Of a stretch of DNA of 64,000 bases, positions 11,390 through 21,598 are shown in pieces. The notes under the pieces are model-generated. The model saw only the letters and a list, made by a program, of their open reading frames with translations. It had not been told where the DNA came from and made no database searches. The stretch lies in IMG/VR virus record IMGVR_UViG_3300008111_000002, positions 124,001-188,000 of that record; one strand, 5' to 3'. The position numbers and the translations under genes were made by a program. Positions within the stretch are counted from its first letter, which is position 1. Every line of letters begins with the position of its first letter.

Positions 11390-11416
11390 AAAAACCCCAC
11401 TTAGGTGGGGTTTTTT
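11390..11416 (+). terminator. rho-independent terminator (possibly bidirectional)
   Basis: AAAAACCCCAC-TTAG-GTGGGGTTTTTT directly after the stop at 11384. Confidence 0.9.
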
Positions 11417-11434
11417 GTTACCTTTTGATTATGA

Positions 11435-11440
11435 TAAATA
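11435..11440 (+). promoter_or_regulatory. T4-like late promoter core (TAAATA)
   Basis: GATAAATA between the terminator and the AGGTGG RBS of the gene at 11459. Confidence 0.65.
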
Positions 11441-11458
11441 ATAAAAAGGTGGGATAAC

Positions 11459-12526
11459 ATGCCAACACGTGAGATACTTGCTGCTCGATTAAGATTACTT
11501 CCTGTTAGTTTAAAAACTTTTAGGGAAGGATTTCGCGGCGAAATTACCTATGACTATGATTCAAAAACTTTAAGATTATACGACGGCGAAACTCGTGGAG
11601 GTTTTGAGTTATTACGGTCAGATCTTTCAAATCTTGGTGGTGCAACAACTAATGTAACCTTGGGTACAATTACGGCAGTTACGTCGTTGGTTGGAAATTT
11701 AGATGTAAGAAGCAACGAAAAAATTGAATTTAAAAATTCAAGTAGTCAAAATGCAGGTAGTTTAAGTTTTGACGGCACCGACTTTTTATTACATAGTACA
11801 GTTAATGCTACATCAATTAAACTTCAAAATTCATCAGGTAGTGGACTTGTACAAATAACAGAATCTGGATCGATTGTTATTAACGCCGATCAACGAGTTA
11901 GCATTGAAGGATTTTATTTTCAAAATAATCAAATTGGCGCATCAGATTCTACAACATTAGAAATAAACAGTCCTATTAGATTAAATTACGATCAAACAAA
12001 TAAAGGTAATATTTTATCTTTTACAAACAACACACTACAAATTGGTTCTAATACTAACAGATTTAATAAAATATGGATAGGTAGTGGCGGTGTTGACATT
12101 GAAACTAATATTTTAACAAAGACATCTAGTGGAAAAATTAAACCATCTGCTGGTTTTGAAACTGATGTTGCATTTGATGCCAGCGGCGGAATTAACATGA
12201 GACAATCTGGTTATAATGGAACCTCAGTAACTGGACAAACTTCTTTAGTCATTTCAACTGATGCATTTGCTAAAGGAGCAGGTCAATTAGTTTTAACAAC
12301 CACAAATGTATTAGATAATGATAGAAGATATGTGTTAGTACCGGCAGTAAATAATCAATATGCGTTAGGTAATCCAAGTTATAGATTTAAGGCTGGTTAT
12401 GTATCAGAAATTGTATTTAATGATGGTACAACACAAACAACTGCACCAGAAACTAATACGCTAGTGGCAACAAAAGTTTATGCAAATAGAAAAGCAACTG
12501 CATTAGCAATTGCATTAGGTGGTTAA
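11459..12526 (+). CDS. tail fibre protein with an Mtd-N/hyaluronidase-like N-terminal anchor and a C-terminal AIALGG
   Basis: GEITYDYDSKTLRLYDGETRGG resembles the Mtd N-terminal domain. LGNPSYRFK and FNDGTTQTTA are typical fibre motifs. Confidence 0.65.
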   Translation: MPTREILAARLRLLPVSLKTFREGFRGEITYDYDSKTLRLYDGETRGGFELLRSDLSNLGGATTNVTLGTITAVTSLVGNLDVRSNEKIEFKNSSSQNAGSLSFDGTDFLLHSTVNATSIKLQNSSGSGLVQITESGSIVINADQRVSIEGFYFQNNQIGASDSTTLEINSPIRLNYDQTNKGNILSFTNNTLQIGSNTNRFNKIWIGSGGVDIETNILTKTSSGKIKPSAGFETDVAFDASGGINMRQSGYNGTSVTGQTSLVISTDAFAKGAGQLVLTTTNVLDNDRRYVLVPAVNNQYALGNPSYRFKAGYVSEIVFNDGTTQTTAPETNTLVATKVYANRKATALAIALGG

Positions 12527-12537
12527 AGAGAAAAAAT

Positions 12538-15500
12538 ATGGCAAAAATTCAACTTAGAGAATACAGTTTTAAACCAGGTCTTTCGTATCTTAGTAATGCA
12601 AGACCAAATGCATATGATTTGCTTCTTGCAAATAAAACTTATTTAAAAAAGGAAGCAACGGCATACATCAATGCACAGGTTACTGCAAACATTGCTCCAT
12701 TTGTTGGGTATGTTTTTAATTCTGAAAAATGTGAAAGGGATGTAGGATATATCATCGATGCATATTTGTTTGATTTAAGATATGGCGGAAATGAAGAAAC
12801 TCGTCGTGTATCTTCTAAATATTGGGTAAATGATGTTCCGCAAATTGACGGCGATAGACAGGTAGAAATTCAAACACATATATTTTTAAGAGGTATAATT
12901 AACACATATATTCTTACTAATACCGCAGCACCATCGTATCAGGCAGTGGTATCGCAGGCTATTATTCCCGGAAAAATAACTGAGAATGGAACTACCGCGA
13001 GAGTAACCGAGCTTGTTGGAATTTTAACCAATGTAATTGAAAATGGATTAGGTGCCTTGCCAACAGAAGTTACCGGAGTTGGTAGACTTAAATTTCCTAA
13101 AAAATATGAACAAAATCAAATTCTTTTAATTACCAATACAACTAAAAACGAAATTATATATGATTTTAGTGACCCTACTGCAGGTGCTGTAAGAGAATTT
13201 ATTCGAGACGAAACTGACATATTTCCGAGATTGTTAGAATGGGCACAGGGTTATACACAATTAACTTTATATTACAATACCAGTACACATGCATCTACAG
13301 ATTCTATTCAAATTTTTGTTGATGAAAACGAATTAAGAACTAGACCGTATCAATTTGGTACTGATGCAATGGAGCGACAAAGAATGGCTGCTCCGCAGGC
13401 CATGCTTGATGCTGACTTTGAATACGGATTGCAGCCTACTAAATGGCAAGCCATTTCGACAACTAGAGGATATCCATCGACATACGAAATTCCGGGTAGT
13501 GATATTCTAGTTGTTTCAGTAACAACTGATGCATCATCTACTACAAATAGTATTGGCCCTAGTATAATTACAGTAAATTGTGTTAGTCCTCATTTTTTAA
13601 CAGCAGGAACACCAATTAGTATTAAAGCGTTAGCTAGCTCGGTAACTGGATTTAGTCGTGCTGAAGGAACCTTTTTAGTTAATACTACTCCAACAGCAAC
13701 ATCCTTTACCTATTTTAGTAAATCAAGAGTTGGCTCAATCTCTGGAGAAGTATTATCTACATCCTATACACAGTTGCGTGTTTCTGGATTTTATACTGGA
13801 GCAAATATTGGTGGCCCGACATTCTCTGTAGCTTCTCAAGGTAATAGCGGTAGTTTTATTACAAATTTAGATTATGTTGCAGGAGAAAATACTCTTGCCT
13901 TCACTGGGACAGCCCCACAAGTCGGTGATCCGTTAACTAGCAACTCAGCTCAATTTCAAGCAACATCAAGCGCAACAACAATATTTGCGTCTTCTCTAGT
14001 AAGTGGAAGAATAGCAGTTGGACAAAGATTAACTGGCGGTTCATTGCCTGTTGGAACTAGAATTACTGAACAACAGTATGGCGGAAATAATGATTTTGTA
14101 GTTCAAAGAACTGCAACCGGTACCAGTGGCCAGAGCACAATTGTAGTTAACTCTGCTGCTCAAATTGTTATAGGACAATTAATATCTGGCAACAATACAA
14201 CTATTGCTGGACTTCAACCAGGTACTTTTGTAAACAATATTGCTGGCACAACAATTACTCTTAGTAAAGCGTTAACAGGTAATATCAATACAACAGTGTC
14301 ATTTTATACCCCAGGCGGTATTGGCGCTTATACTACCAGTGTATCCACAAGCCTTGTTATAAGTACCCTAGTTAACGCATCTGCTTATAATGTAGGTACG
14401 CAGGTATCTGCGATAAGAGGATCTGGCGGAGTAGTTGTGACTGCGTTTGCTACACAAAACGTTGAAGTTGGAGCTACCTCTTTTACATTATTAGATGCTA
14501 ATGGAGTTTTGCCAGGACATCTTATCAATAATGGTTCAAATAGAGCGATGGAAGTTAGCTCAGTGGGCGGGAACACTGTAAGTTTTCTTTCAGGAAGAAC
14601 TACAAGATTAGTTGGATCTGATGCAAGTTATACGAATTTAGCAGGAACTTCTATAGCCAGCGATGGCGCCGGCGCAATTTCAAGATTTACAGTTAATGCA
14701 CAAAATCAATACGAATTTGCAACAGCCATTTACGAAGGCGAAAATTATGTACAAAATGATTTGTGCAAAATTAGTGGAGATACCCTAGAAGTTTACGCTA
14801 GCACAAGATTTTTGTCTAGATTTAATATTCCAGAAGGTAGGACAGCTCAAGATTCTATAGATTTTGAAAACTTATATAATGGAACTACTCCATCTACAAG
14901 TGGTGTAGGCCTATCTTACAGTCAGAAAAAATTTGGTAGAACATCAGCTCAAACAGCAAGGATTGTTGGCGGTATGATACAATACGCTGCCAGTAATGAT
15001 TATAATACGTTTGGGAATTTTAGTTTTGAAACATTCATTTATATCCAAACTATTAGCGGCTCAGGCGCAAATTATATTGTTGATCGTAGAAACACTTCTA
15101 CTGACAATACTTGGTGGATCTATGTTGATGGCACCACTGGCAATTTAGTTTTTGGCAATAGTCTTAACAGTATTACAATAACAGGCACAACCGATGTAAG
15201 AACGTTATTAAACCAATGGATCCACATTGCAGTTAATAGATTAAGTGACGAAATAAAACTATGGCTTAATGGGGTACAAGAAGGTCCTACAGCAAATGAT
15301 ACTACAAACTATCAAGGAAATACTCAATTGACATTAGGTGGTACATTTGATATTAGTAGCACTAGCGGAATTAATGCATTTTTTGACGAAACTAGATTAA
15401 GAAATGTGTCAACTTATTCTGACCCATTTACTCCGACGTCGAATCCGTTTCCAGCAGATGCTGTAGGAGCTACTCCTGCTAATGATATAACATTTAGAGT

Positions 15501-18294
15501 AGCTACAATTACATCTGGTGGCGGAATTTTAAGTGCCAGTAATATTACCGGTACACTACCGGCTGGACAATCGTTCTCGACAGGATTTATTGCTAGAGGA
15601 ACGGCAGTTGTACAAACGCCTATAGGTAATGGTGCTTCATTTAACGTGAATAGAGTTTCTGGTTCATACACAGGAATAACACTTAGCCAATCTGGGACAG
15701 GATATTTGGTAGGAAATTTAATAAGAATTCCGGAGAATTTGTTAGACGGGGAAGGAAACCAAAGTAGAAATTTAATCTTATCAGTGACTCAAATTGCTGC
15801 AGGTGGCGGTATTATATCAGTTTCGACTATCTCTGGAACTGCAAGATCAACTGGCGACCCTGTTCAATTCTTGTCTAGTATTGATATAAGTGACGGGCTA
15901 TCCGGTCCATTATTAAATGGAACTACAACAACATATAGTGCTATTGCAAAAATATTGGTAACATTTCCAAGCGGGCATGGATTAACTCCCGGATCATCAA
16001 TATCGGTAGCTATTGGTTCCGGCGGTTCTAATCATGCACTGGCTTCGGGACCTTTCTTTGTTGAAGATGTTCCGACTAAAAATACTTTAAGATATACCGT
16101 AAGATCTGCAGGACTTATTGGTACATCGCCGGGTATAACTGGATTGATCTATCCAAGAACTGATGCATTCTTCCTACATAGACCATTCGATGGAGGTGTG
16201 TTATTAAGCACAGGCACCCCAAGTCATGGTGCTCAAGCAGTACGTATGAGTAAAAAATATATTCGTTACCAGTCTGGTAAAGGTGCAATGTATACTACAG
16301 GTGCTCTTTTTGCACCTAGCTACGATATTAGAGGAATTGTTGCAGACGGAACTGCCGTAAACAGTTTAATAACAATCACCATCGATGATAACGATCACGG
16401 ATTACAAATTAAATCCGATGTAAGAATTAGTGGTGCCATAACTGTTGGATATAACGGTGACTACGAGGTTGTTGAAATCCTTGACGAACGAGTATTTAGA
16501 GTAAGAGCACAAACTCAATTAGGTAATGTAGTTGCTGAAATTGGTGCTCAGTGTCAAATGGCTCATACGGGTTGGCACGGAGCCTATGTAAGAGCTGGCG
16601 CTTTTGATGATCAAAATGGTATTTTCTTTGAATTTAATGGCGATGAAATGGCTTTGGTTAAAAGATCTAGTACTTTTCAATTAGCAGGTACTGTATCAAT
16701 GAATGTTGATTCAAATTTAGTTACCGGAAGTAACACAAGATTTAGGGATCAACTACAAGAAGGCGATAGGATTATTATTAGAGGAATGACACACTTAGTT
16801 AGTGATGTAATAAGTCAAACTTCGATGACTGTTAACCCTGACTTCAGAGGAGTTGTTAACGTAACAAATGCTAAAGTGTGTTTAATTCAAGATTATAGAA
16901 TTCCGCAATCAGAATGGAACCTTGATAAGTGTGACGGTTCAGGTCCAAGTGGTTATATCCTCGATGTAACTAAAATGCAGATGATCGGTATGCAGTACTC
17001 GTGGTACGGTGCTGGATTTATCGACTGGATGTTTAGGGGACCTAACGGTGATTATGTATTTGCACACAGATTAAAAGGAAATAACCTAAATACCGAAGCT
17101 TACATGAGAACTGGTAACTTACCTGTACGATATGAGGTGTTAAATGAGGGCGGTAGATCTAAATTAGCAGCTACAATAACATCATCTAGCACAAACCTTA
17201 CACTAAAAGATGCACAATTTTTTCCCGAGGTTGGCACAGTATATTGTGAAAATGAACTGATCAGCTATACTTCTAAGTCTGGAAATGTATTGGGAGGGTT
17301 GACTAGAGGAACATCTTATGTAAACTTTTCAGCCGGTGCTCAGCGTACATTTACTGCCGGGGCAGCAGCAGGTCATGATGCCAATGTCGGTGTAGTATTA
17401 GTTTCGTCAACAGCTAGTCCTTTAATTAGTCACTGGGGTAGTGCGTATATCATGGACGGTCGTTTTGATACAGATCGCGGATATATCTTTAACTATCAGA
17501 TCACAAATCTTGCAGTTACAAATTTAAAAACCACAGCGTTTGCAATTAGACTTGCACCCAGTGTATCAAATGCTATCACAGGAGATTTAGGAGAACGCGA
17601 GTTATTAAACAGAGCACAATTATTACTTAACTCTCTAGAAGTTGTTGGTGGTAATCCAGCATCATCGGATTCTTTTATTATTGAGGGTGTGTTAAATCCA
17701 TTAAACTATCCGTCATTGGCAGCTGATATTACATGGTTTGGTCTAACTTCAACAGCGCAAGGCGGTCAACCATCATTTGCACAAATTGCCAATGGTTCGT
17801 CAATTACGTTTGCTGGATTTGCTCCAGTGGCAGCAACTCCGACTACTGGTTTTAATACCACTCCTAAAGCTAGATTAAGATCAGCTATTTTTACTAGTAG
17901 TCAAGTAGCCGATGTAAGATTAGGATTTGTAGTTTCTGCAACTGGCGGTGTTCAGTCTGGTACTGTGGTAGAAAGAATCCAAACAGATTCTCCAGGAGCT
18001 GGCCAAACTACAATTACAATTTCCAAAGACGTCACTGCGGCTGTGTCTGGAAGTGTAACATTTACTTCACCAACATACGCACAACCGGGTGAACAGGTAT
18101 TTGCGTTTGCTTCTCCACAGGGCGTTCGCGAAGTGTTAGATCTTAGTGAACTAAAAGAATTGACTTCTACTGCAATTGGCGGAAGAGGTACATTCCCTAA
18201 CGGCCCAGACGTATTGGCAATTAACATTTATTCAACTGGTACTGCTGCTGTTACTGCTAACTTAATTTTACGTTGGGGTGAAGCGCAAGCTTAA
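12538..18294 (+). CDS. giant tail fibre/baseplate-associated virion protein (1918 aa) with a LamG/concanavalin-like domain
   Basis: Paralogous blocks shared with 3966..11384. LamG-like segment FSFETFIY...WIHIAVNR...LWLNGV...FFDETRL at about 14900-15460. Confidence 0.72.
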   Translation: MAKIQLREYSFKPGLSYLSNARPNAYDLLLANKTYLKKEATAYINAQVTANIAPFVGYVFNSEKCERDVGYIIDAYLFDLRYGGNEETRRVSSKYWVNDVPQIDGDRQVEIQTHIFLRGIINTYILTNTAAPSYQAVVSQAIIPGKITENGTTARVTELVGILTNVIENGLGALPTEVTGVGRLKFPKKYEQNQILLITNTTKNEIIYDFSDPTAGAVREFIRDETDIFPRLLEWAQGYTQLTLYYNTSTHASTDSIQIFVDENELRTRPYQFGTDAMERQRMAAPQAMLDADFEYGLQPTKWQAISTTRGYPSTYEIPGSDILVVSVTTDASSTTNSIGPSIITVNCVSPHFLTAGTPISIKALASSVTGFSRAEGTFLVNTTPTATSFTYFSKSRVGSISGEVLSTSYTQLRVSGFYTGANIGGPTFSVASQGNSGSFITNLDYVAGENTLAFTGTAPQVGDPLTSNSAQFQATSSATTIFASSLVSGRIAVGQRLTGGSLPVGTRITEQQYGGNNDFVVQRTATGTSGQSTIVVNSAAQIVIGQLISGNNTTIAGLQPGTFVNNIAGTTITLSKALTGNINTTVSFYTPGGIGAYTTSVSTSLVISTLVNASAYNVGTQVSAIRGSGGVVVTAFATQNVEVGATSFTLLDANGVLPGHLINNGSNRAMEVSSVGGNTVSFLSGRTTRLVGSDASYTNLAGTSIASDGAGAISRFTVNAQNQYEFATAIYEGENYVQNDLCKISGDTLEVYASTRFLSRFNIPEGRTAQDSIDFENLYNGTTPSTSGVGLSYSQKKFGRTSAQTARIVGGMIQYAASNDYNTFGNFSFETFIYIQTISGSGANYIVDRRNTSTDNTWWIYVDGTTGNLVFGNSLNSITITGTTDVRTLLNQWIHIAVNRLSDEIKLWLNGVQEGPTANDTTNYQGNTQLTLGGTFDISSTSGINAFFDETRLRNVSTYSDPFTPTSNPFPADAVGATPANDITFRVATITSGGGILSASNITGTLPAGQSFSTGFIARGTAVVQTPIGNGASFNVNRVSGSYTGITLSQSGTGYLVGNLIRIPENLLDGEGNQSRNLILSVTQIAAGGGIISVSTISGTARSTGDPVQFLSSIDISDGLSGPLLNGTTTTYSAIAKILVTFPSGHGLTPGSSISVAIGSGGSNHALASGPFFVEDVPTKNTLRYTVRSAGLIGTSPGITGLIYPRTDAFFLHRPFDGGVLLSTGTPSHGAQAVRMSKKYIRYQSGKGAMYTTGALFAPSYDIRGIVADGTAVNSLITITIDDNDHGLQIKSDVRISGAITVGYNGDYEVVEILDERVFRVRAQTQLGNVVAEIGAQCQMAHTGWHGAYVRAGAFDDQNGIFFEFNGDEMALVKRSSTFQLAGTVSMNVDSNLVTGSNTRFRDQLQEGDRIIIRGMTHLVSDVISQTSMTVNPDFRGVVNVTNAKVCLIQDYRIPQSEWNLDKCDGSGPSGYILDVTKMQMIGMQYSWYGAGFIDWMFRGPNGDYVFAHRLKGNNLNTEAYMRTGNLPVRYEVLNEGGRSKLAATITSSSTNLTLKDAQFFPEVGTVYCENELISYTSKSGNVLGGLTRGTSYVNFSAGAQRTFTAGAAAGHDANVGVVLVSSTASPLISHWGSAYIMDGRFDTDRGYIFNYQITNLAVTNLKTTAFAIRLAPSVSNAITGDLGERELLNRAQLLLNSLEVVGGNPASSDSFIIEGVLNPLNYPSLAADITWFGLTSTAQGGQPSFAQIANGSSITFAGFAPVAATPTTGFNTTPKARLRSAIFTSSQVADVRLGFVVSATGGVQSGTVVERIQTDSPGAGQTTITISKDVTAAVSGSVTFTSPTYAQPGEQVFAFASPQGVREVLDLSELKELTSTAIGGRGTFPNGPDVLAINIYSTGTAAVTANLILRWGEAQA

Positions 18295-18551
18295 GAAGCA
18301 AGGCGCTCTAGCTGTTGTCTAAGTTCGTGTAATTTAGAAGAGTCCTGTCGTTGAGATGACAGGACTTTTTTTATGTCATCAAACACAATATTTTCAATCT
18401 TAGTATCAATTCTGTTCACAAGGTTTTTGTAATCTCTTAAAAGAGATTGTGCAATAACACGCTCTTGTGCGTCGATAATATTATCAATATATGTTTGATA
18501 TCTAATAATATCAGCATGATACGAATGTAATTCACTGATTTTTAAACTCAT
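18291..18551 (-). CDS. hypothetical helical protein
   Basis: 86-aa ORF ending the minus-strand gp14-gp15 run. Confidence 0.55.
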   Translation of the reverse strand: MSLKISELHSYHADIIRYQTYIDNIIDAQERVIAQSLLRDYKNLVNRIDTKIENIVFDDIKKVLSSQRQDSSKLHELRQQLERLAS

Positions 18552-18933
18552 AGTCTTGACTCATAATTAATACTGTATCTATTTTTGTTCTAATTAAAGG
18601 ATTAGTAATAGTTAATTTTAAACCCGTGTGTAAATTTTTTGGAATATCTTCTAAACTAGACCAGCACATTGTTTGAACCTCTGTAGTCAAAAATTCTTCT
18701 TCAACTAAACATATGTAAGTTCCGTATTCAAATCCTTTATCTTCACTGAGATACAGTTCGATTGGTAATAGTTTTCCTTGCGATTTTTTATATCGTTCTA
18801 TTAATTCTTGACCACTTTCAAAAATATTTTTACTTTTTTCAAAAGTAGGTACAGTCCATTTTAAATTTTCATGGATTAATAAAAATCTTTTAGTTGATGT
18901 ACAAAGAAATAAAATACCTGCACGTTTTTGCAT
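18532..18933 (-). CDS. degenerate NUDIX-fold-like protein
   Basis: Start reassigned to MQKRAGILFLC (ATG 18933). AGILF..FLLI..W.VP and ...W..LEDIPKNLH follow the Nudix layout, but the Nudix box is absent. Confidence 0.45.
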   Translation of the reverse strand: MQKRAGILFLCTSTKRFLLIHENLKWTVPTFEKSKNIFESGQELIERYKKSQGKLLPIELYLSEDKGFEYGTYICLVEEEFLTTEVQTMCWSSLEDIPKNLHTGLKLTITNPLIRTKIDTVLIMSQDYEFKNQ

Positions 18934-18937
18934 CAAG

Positions 18938-18943
18938 TACTTA
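18938..18943 (-). promoter_or_regulatory. late promoter variant (TAAGTA)
   Basis: 4 nt upstream of the ATG at 18933; overlaps the gp15 stop region. Confidence 0.45.
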
Positions 18944-20389
18944 TTAGAGATCCATTCTAAAACGCCAGTAACCTGAACGATATTCTCCCTCAAAACTTTT
19001 GAGCCATTGAGTTCCGTCCCAGCGATATTGAATACCAGTTTTTAAATTTTGAGTATAAACTGGTAACGTATTGTTTACATTGCTAGCATCAAACACTATT
19101 TGCCATCCTGTACCGGTGTATTCAATAATATCATTAGCACCTGCTTGGAATTGTTCCCATGCAAATACGCCTGTTTTTATTTGACCAGTTGTCGGATTGT
19201 TGTCTTGTTCACCGTCATATGTTTTATTTTCTGTAGTTATATCATCTAGTATTAGATATCTGTTTCCAGCCGCAACTGTATTGGCTTTAGGATTAAACTT
19301 AATTGGATCAATAATAGCATCAATTGTTGTTCGTCCGCTAATAATAGTATTTGAGGGTTTTTCATCAATTGTAATTAATAGATATGTCGAATCAACTTCG
19401 TTGACTACAAAAGATCCTCTAATTTCAAATCCGTTAGGTTGTAAGAAATATATTTGACTAATACCAGGACGATATCCTTCATATTGTTCAAGAATAGTAT
19501 TCCAATCTATTCGTTTGCCTAGTTTTGTTGGAGAACCGTTTTCTAATGTTTGAACAGCTTCTCCTGGACTTAGTACACTTAAATTATAATCGTTAGCTTG
19601 ACCGTTATTGCTTTTTAGTAATAACACACCAAAATTACCCGGAGTGTTTACATATTTTAATGGTGGAGTTCCGTTATAAACAAGATCATTGATATTTCCT
19701 ACATCGCCTTGGGTATTAAAAATATTCATAATGATATTCTTAACAACTCCAAGACGCTTGACCTTAGCCGGTGGAGTAATATAAATGGGCATTTCGCATT
19801 CTATCGTACATACATCAATTTCTGATTCCGTACCCTGAGGAATTGTTCTTGAACTAAATGTTAAATTTTTTAAATCAACAACACTTAAACTAGTCCAATC
19901 AATATAGTTATCTGTAGTTTGAATTTCTAAACTAGGGTTAAACAGAACCAATATCTGTTCTATTAATTGCAATTTTTGATCAGTATTACTGGTCCAAATA
20001 TCAGCCTTCATTGTAAGTTTGAAAGGAGTAGGCATTAGTCTTTCAACAGTATAGCCACCACCTTGCCCACCTTGATAGATAGGTTCACCAAAATTATCAA
20101 ATTGATTATAGGTGCGTTCTCTAATGTTTAGTTTACTAACAAAACTAGCATCTGATATTCTAGTGGTGTCTAATTCTAAACCACTGATATAGCAACTAAT
20201 TCTAGGAACTGTTGGTAATTTATTTTCACTATTTTCTTTAATAATAGCAGCTACTGATCTTGATAAATCACCGTACATCACAGGAACATGGCGAAGATCA
20301 CCGTCGCCGGCTTGATATTTAAAACCGATGAAGATTCGCATAAACTGTGTTACGTATCTTCTTATTTGTCCATCATAGAAAAAATCCAT
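18944..20389 (-). CDS. gp15: tail sheath stabiliser/tail completion protein (T4 gp15-like) with C-terminal extension
   Basis: FFYDGQIRRY...VPVMYG...LPTVPRIS...PTPFKLTM..DIW....QKLQLIEQILVLFNP matches the gp15 pattern; adjacent to neck genes. Confidence 0.78.
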   Translation of the reverse strand: MDFFYDGQIRRYVTQFMRIFIGFKYQAGDGDLRHVPVMYGDLSRSVAAIIKENSENKLPTVPRISCYISGLELDTTRISDASFVSKLNIRERTYNQFDNFGEPIYQGGQGGGYTVERLMPTPFKLTMKADIWTSNTDQKLQLIEQILVLFNPSLEIQTTDNYIDWTSLSVVDLKNLTFSSRTIPQGTESEIDVCTIECEMPIYITPPAKVKRLGVVKNIIMNIFNTQGDVGNINDLVYNGTPPLKYVNTPGNFGVLLLKSNNGQANDYNLSVLSPGEAVQTLENGSPTKLGKRIDWNTILEQYEGYRPGISQIYFLQPNGFEIRGSFVVNEVDSTYLLITIDEKPSNTIISGRTTIDAIIDPIKFNPKANTVAAGNRYLILDDITTENKTYDGEQDNNPTTGQIKTGVFAWEQFQAGANDIIEYTGTGWQIVFDASNVNNTLPVYTQNLKTGIQYRWDGTQWLKSFEGEYRSGYWRFRMDL

Positions 20390-21591
20390 TAGTTATCTGC
20401 CTTTGGTCGTAGTGCTTTACTTAAGCTTTGTTTTTCATCAACGGTTTTTCCATTGATATTATCAGTGTTTGTATTATTAATAAAACTGGCTTTTTGTGTA
20501 TTTCTAACATTATAACCTTCAAAACGATCTCCGGATTGTGTATCTGTAGGTCCAATATTGCTCATTGTTGTTCTAGCCACGTCTTCAACTCTCACCCAAT
20601 ATTTTCCATTATATCTAAATAATCTCTTAGGAGTGTAATCTGTTCTAAGATGATATTGACCCTCTTGTGCATTAACTGGAAATGCTAAACCGCTGGTAAA
20701 TGGGGAACCGTTGGGCGCGGAATCCTGACCTAATAGATAACCGTCATATCCTAATCTATCAGCAGTCTGTAATACCATACTGATATCAATTTGACTGTTT
20801 GAAGCCGCAACCTGAGCGGTATCAACAGTTACTAATTCTGGTTTACCTTCTTCGTTTACTTGAACAGTATAAAATGCACTGGTATTGTAACCACTCAGCG
20901 GCGCATCAGCTTCTGCTTGATCTAATACTGCCTGAGTAATTTGCATTTCTCGTTCGTAGGTACTCATAACATCTCGCAGTGTTTGATTTGTACCTTCGCC
21001 CGCAACGCCATCTAAAATATCTTTAAATTCTTGACTATCGACTAGAGGTTTGCACTTAGCACGATATAAATGCGGATACCATGTTGCACTAAACCCTTCT
21101 GCTGCACGAGTAACATCTTCTATAACGTAAAATCTTTTCAATGCAAAATTTAAATCGTTTAATGCAAAATCATCTTTTAAATGAGGAAGTTCTATAACAT
21201 CCCCACTGATTAATTTTCTACCAATTTTTTCAACAGTATCATTTATATGAAAAGTTATAAAAATTGTATCATTTTGTAAAAACAATCCAAATTGACTTAG
21301 ATTAAAATCTAAATCCTGTATGTTATAAACACCACGTAAAATATAAACATCTGGATCATATTTGCGATCTCTATTTTCTAAAAATAGCAGATCTTGTATT
21401 TGTGTTTCGGCTGGACTTCCCTGATATTCTGGGGTGGTAGGAGTATTTTCCAGCGCAGATGTTGATTTTGGTCCTACGTATTTGTGTATTAAAACGTCAG
21501 TACCGCCCACCTGGAACATTTCCCAAATATTTTTATCTATAAATTTGTAATCGTTGCCTTTTTCAGGACGATAAAGTGAAAGTCTTGGCAT
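20389..21591 (-). CDS. gp14: neck/head-closure protein (T4 gp14-like)
   Basis: Start reassigned to MPRLSLYRPEK (ATG 21591). Contains the LSQFGLFLQND..F..H...GDVIELP motif and sits between gp13 and gp15. Confidence 0.7.
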   Translation of the reverse strand: MPRLSLYRPEKGNDYKFIDKNIWEMFQVGGTDVLIHKYVGPKSTSALENTPTTPEYQGSPAETQIQDLLFLENRDRKYDPDVYILRGVYNIQDLDFNLSQFGLFLQNDTIFITFHINDTVEKIGRKLISGDVIELPHLKDDFALNDLNFALKRFYVIEDVTRAAEGFSATWYPHLYRAKCKPLVDSQEFKDILDGVAGEGTNQTLRDVMSTYEREMQITQAVLDQAEADAPLSGYNTSAFYTVQVNEEGKPELVTVDTAQVAASNSQIDISMVLQTADRLGYDGYLLGQDSAPNGSPFTSGLAFPVNAQEGQYHLRTDYTPKRLFRYNGKYWVRVEDVARTTMSNIGPTDTQSGDRFEGYNVRNTQKASFINNTNTDNINGKTVDEKQSLSKALRPKADN

Positions 21592-21598
21592 AGTACTA

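Noticed and set aside
11459-12526. Diversity-generating retroelement suggested by the Mtd-like N-terminus
   Set aside because: No reverse transcriptase and no template/variable repeat pair were seen; the similarity is limited to the anchor domain.
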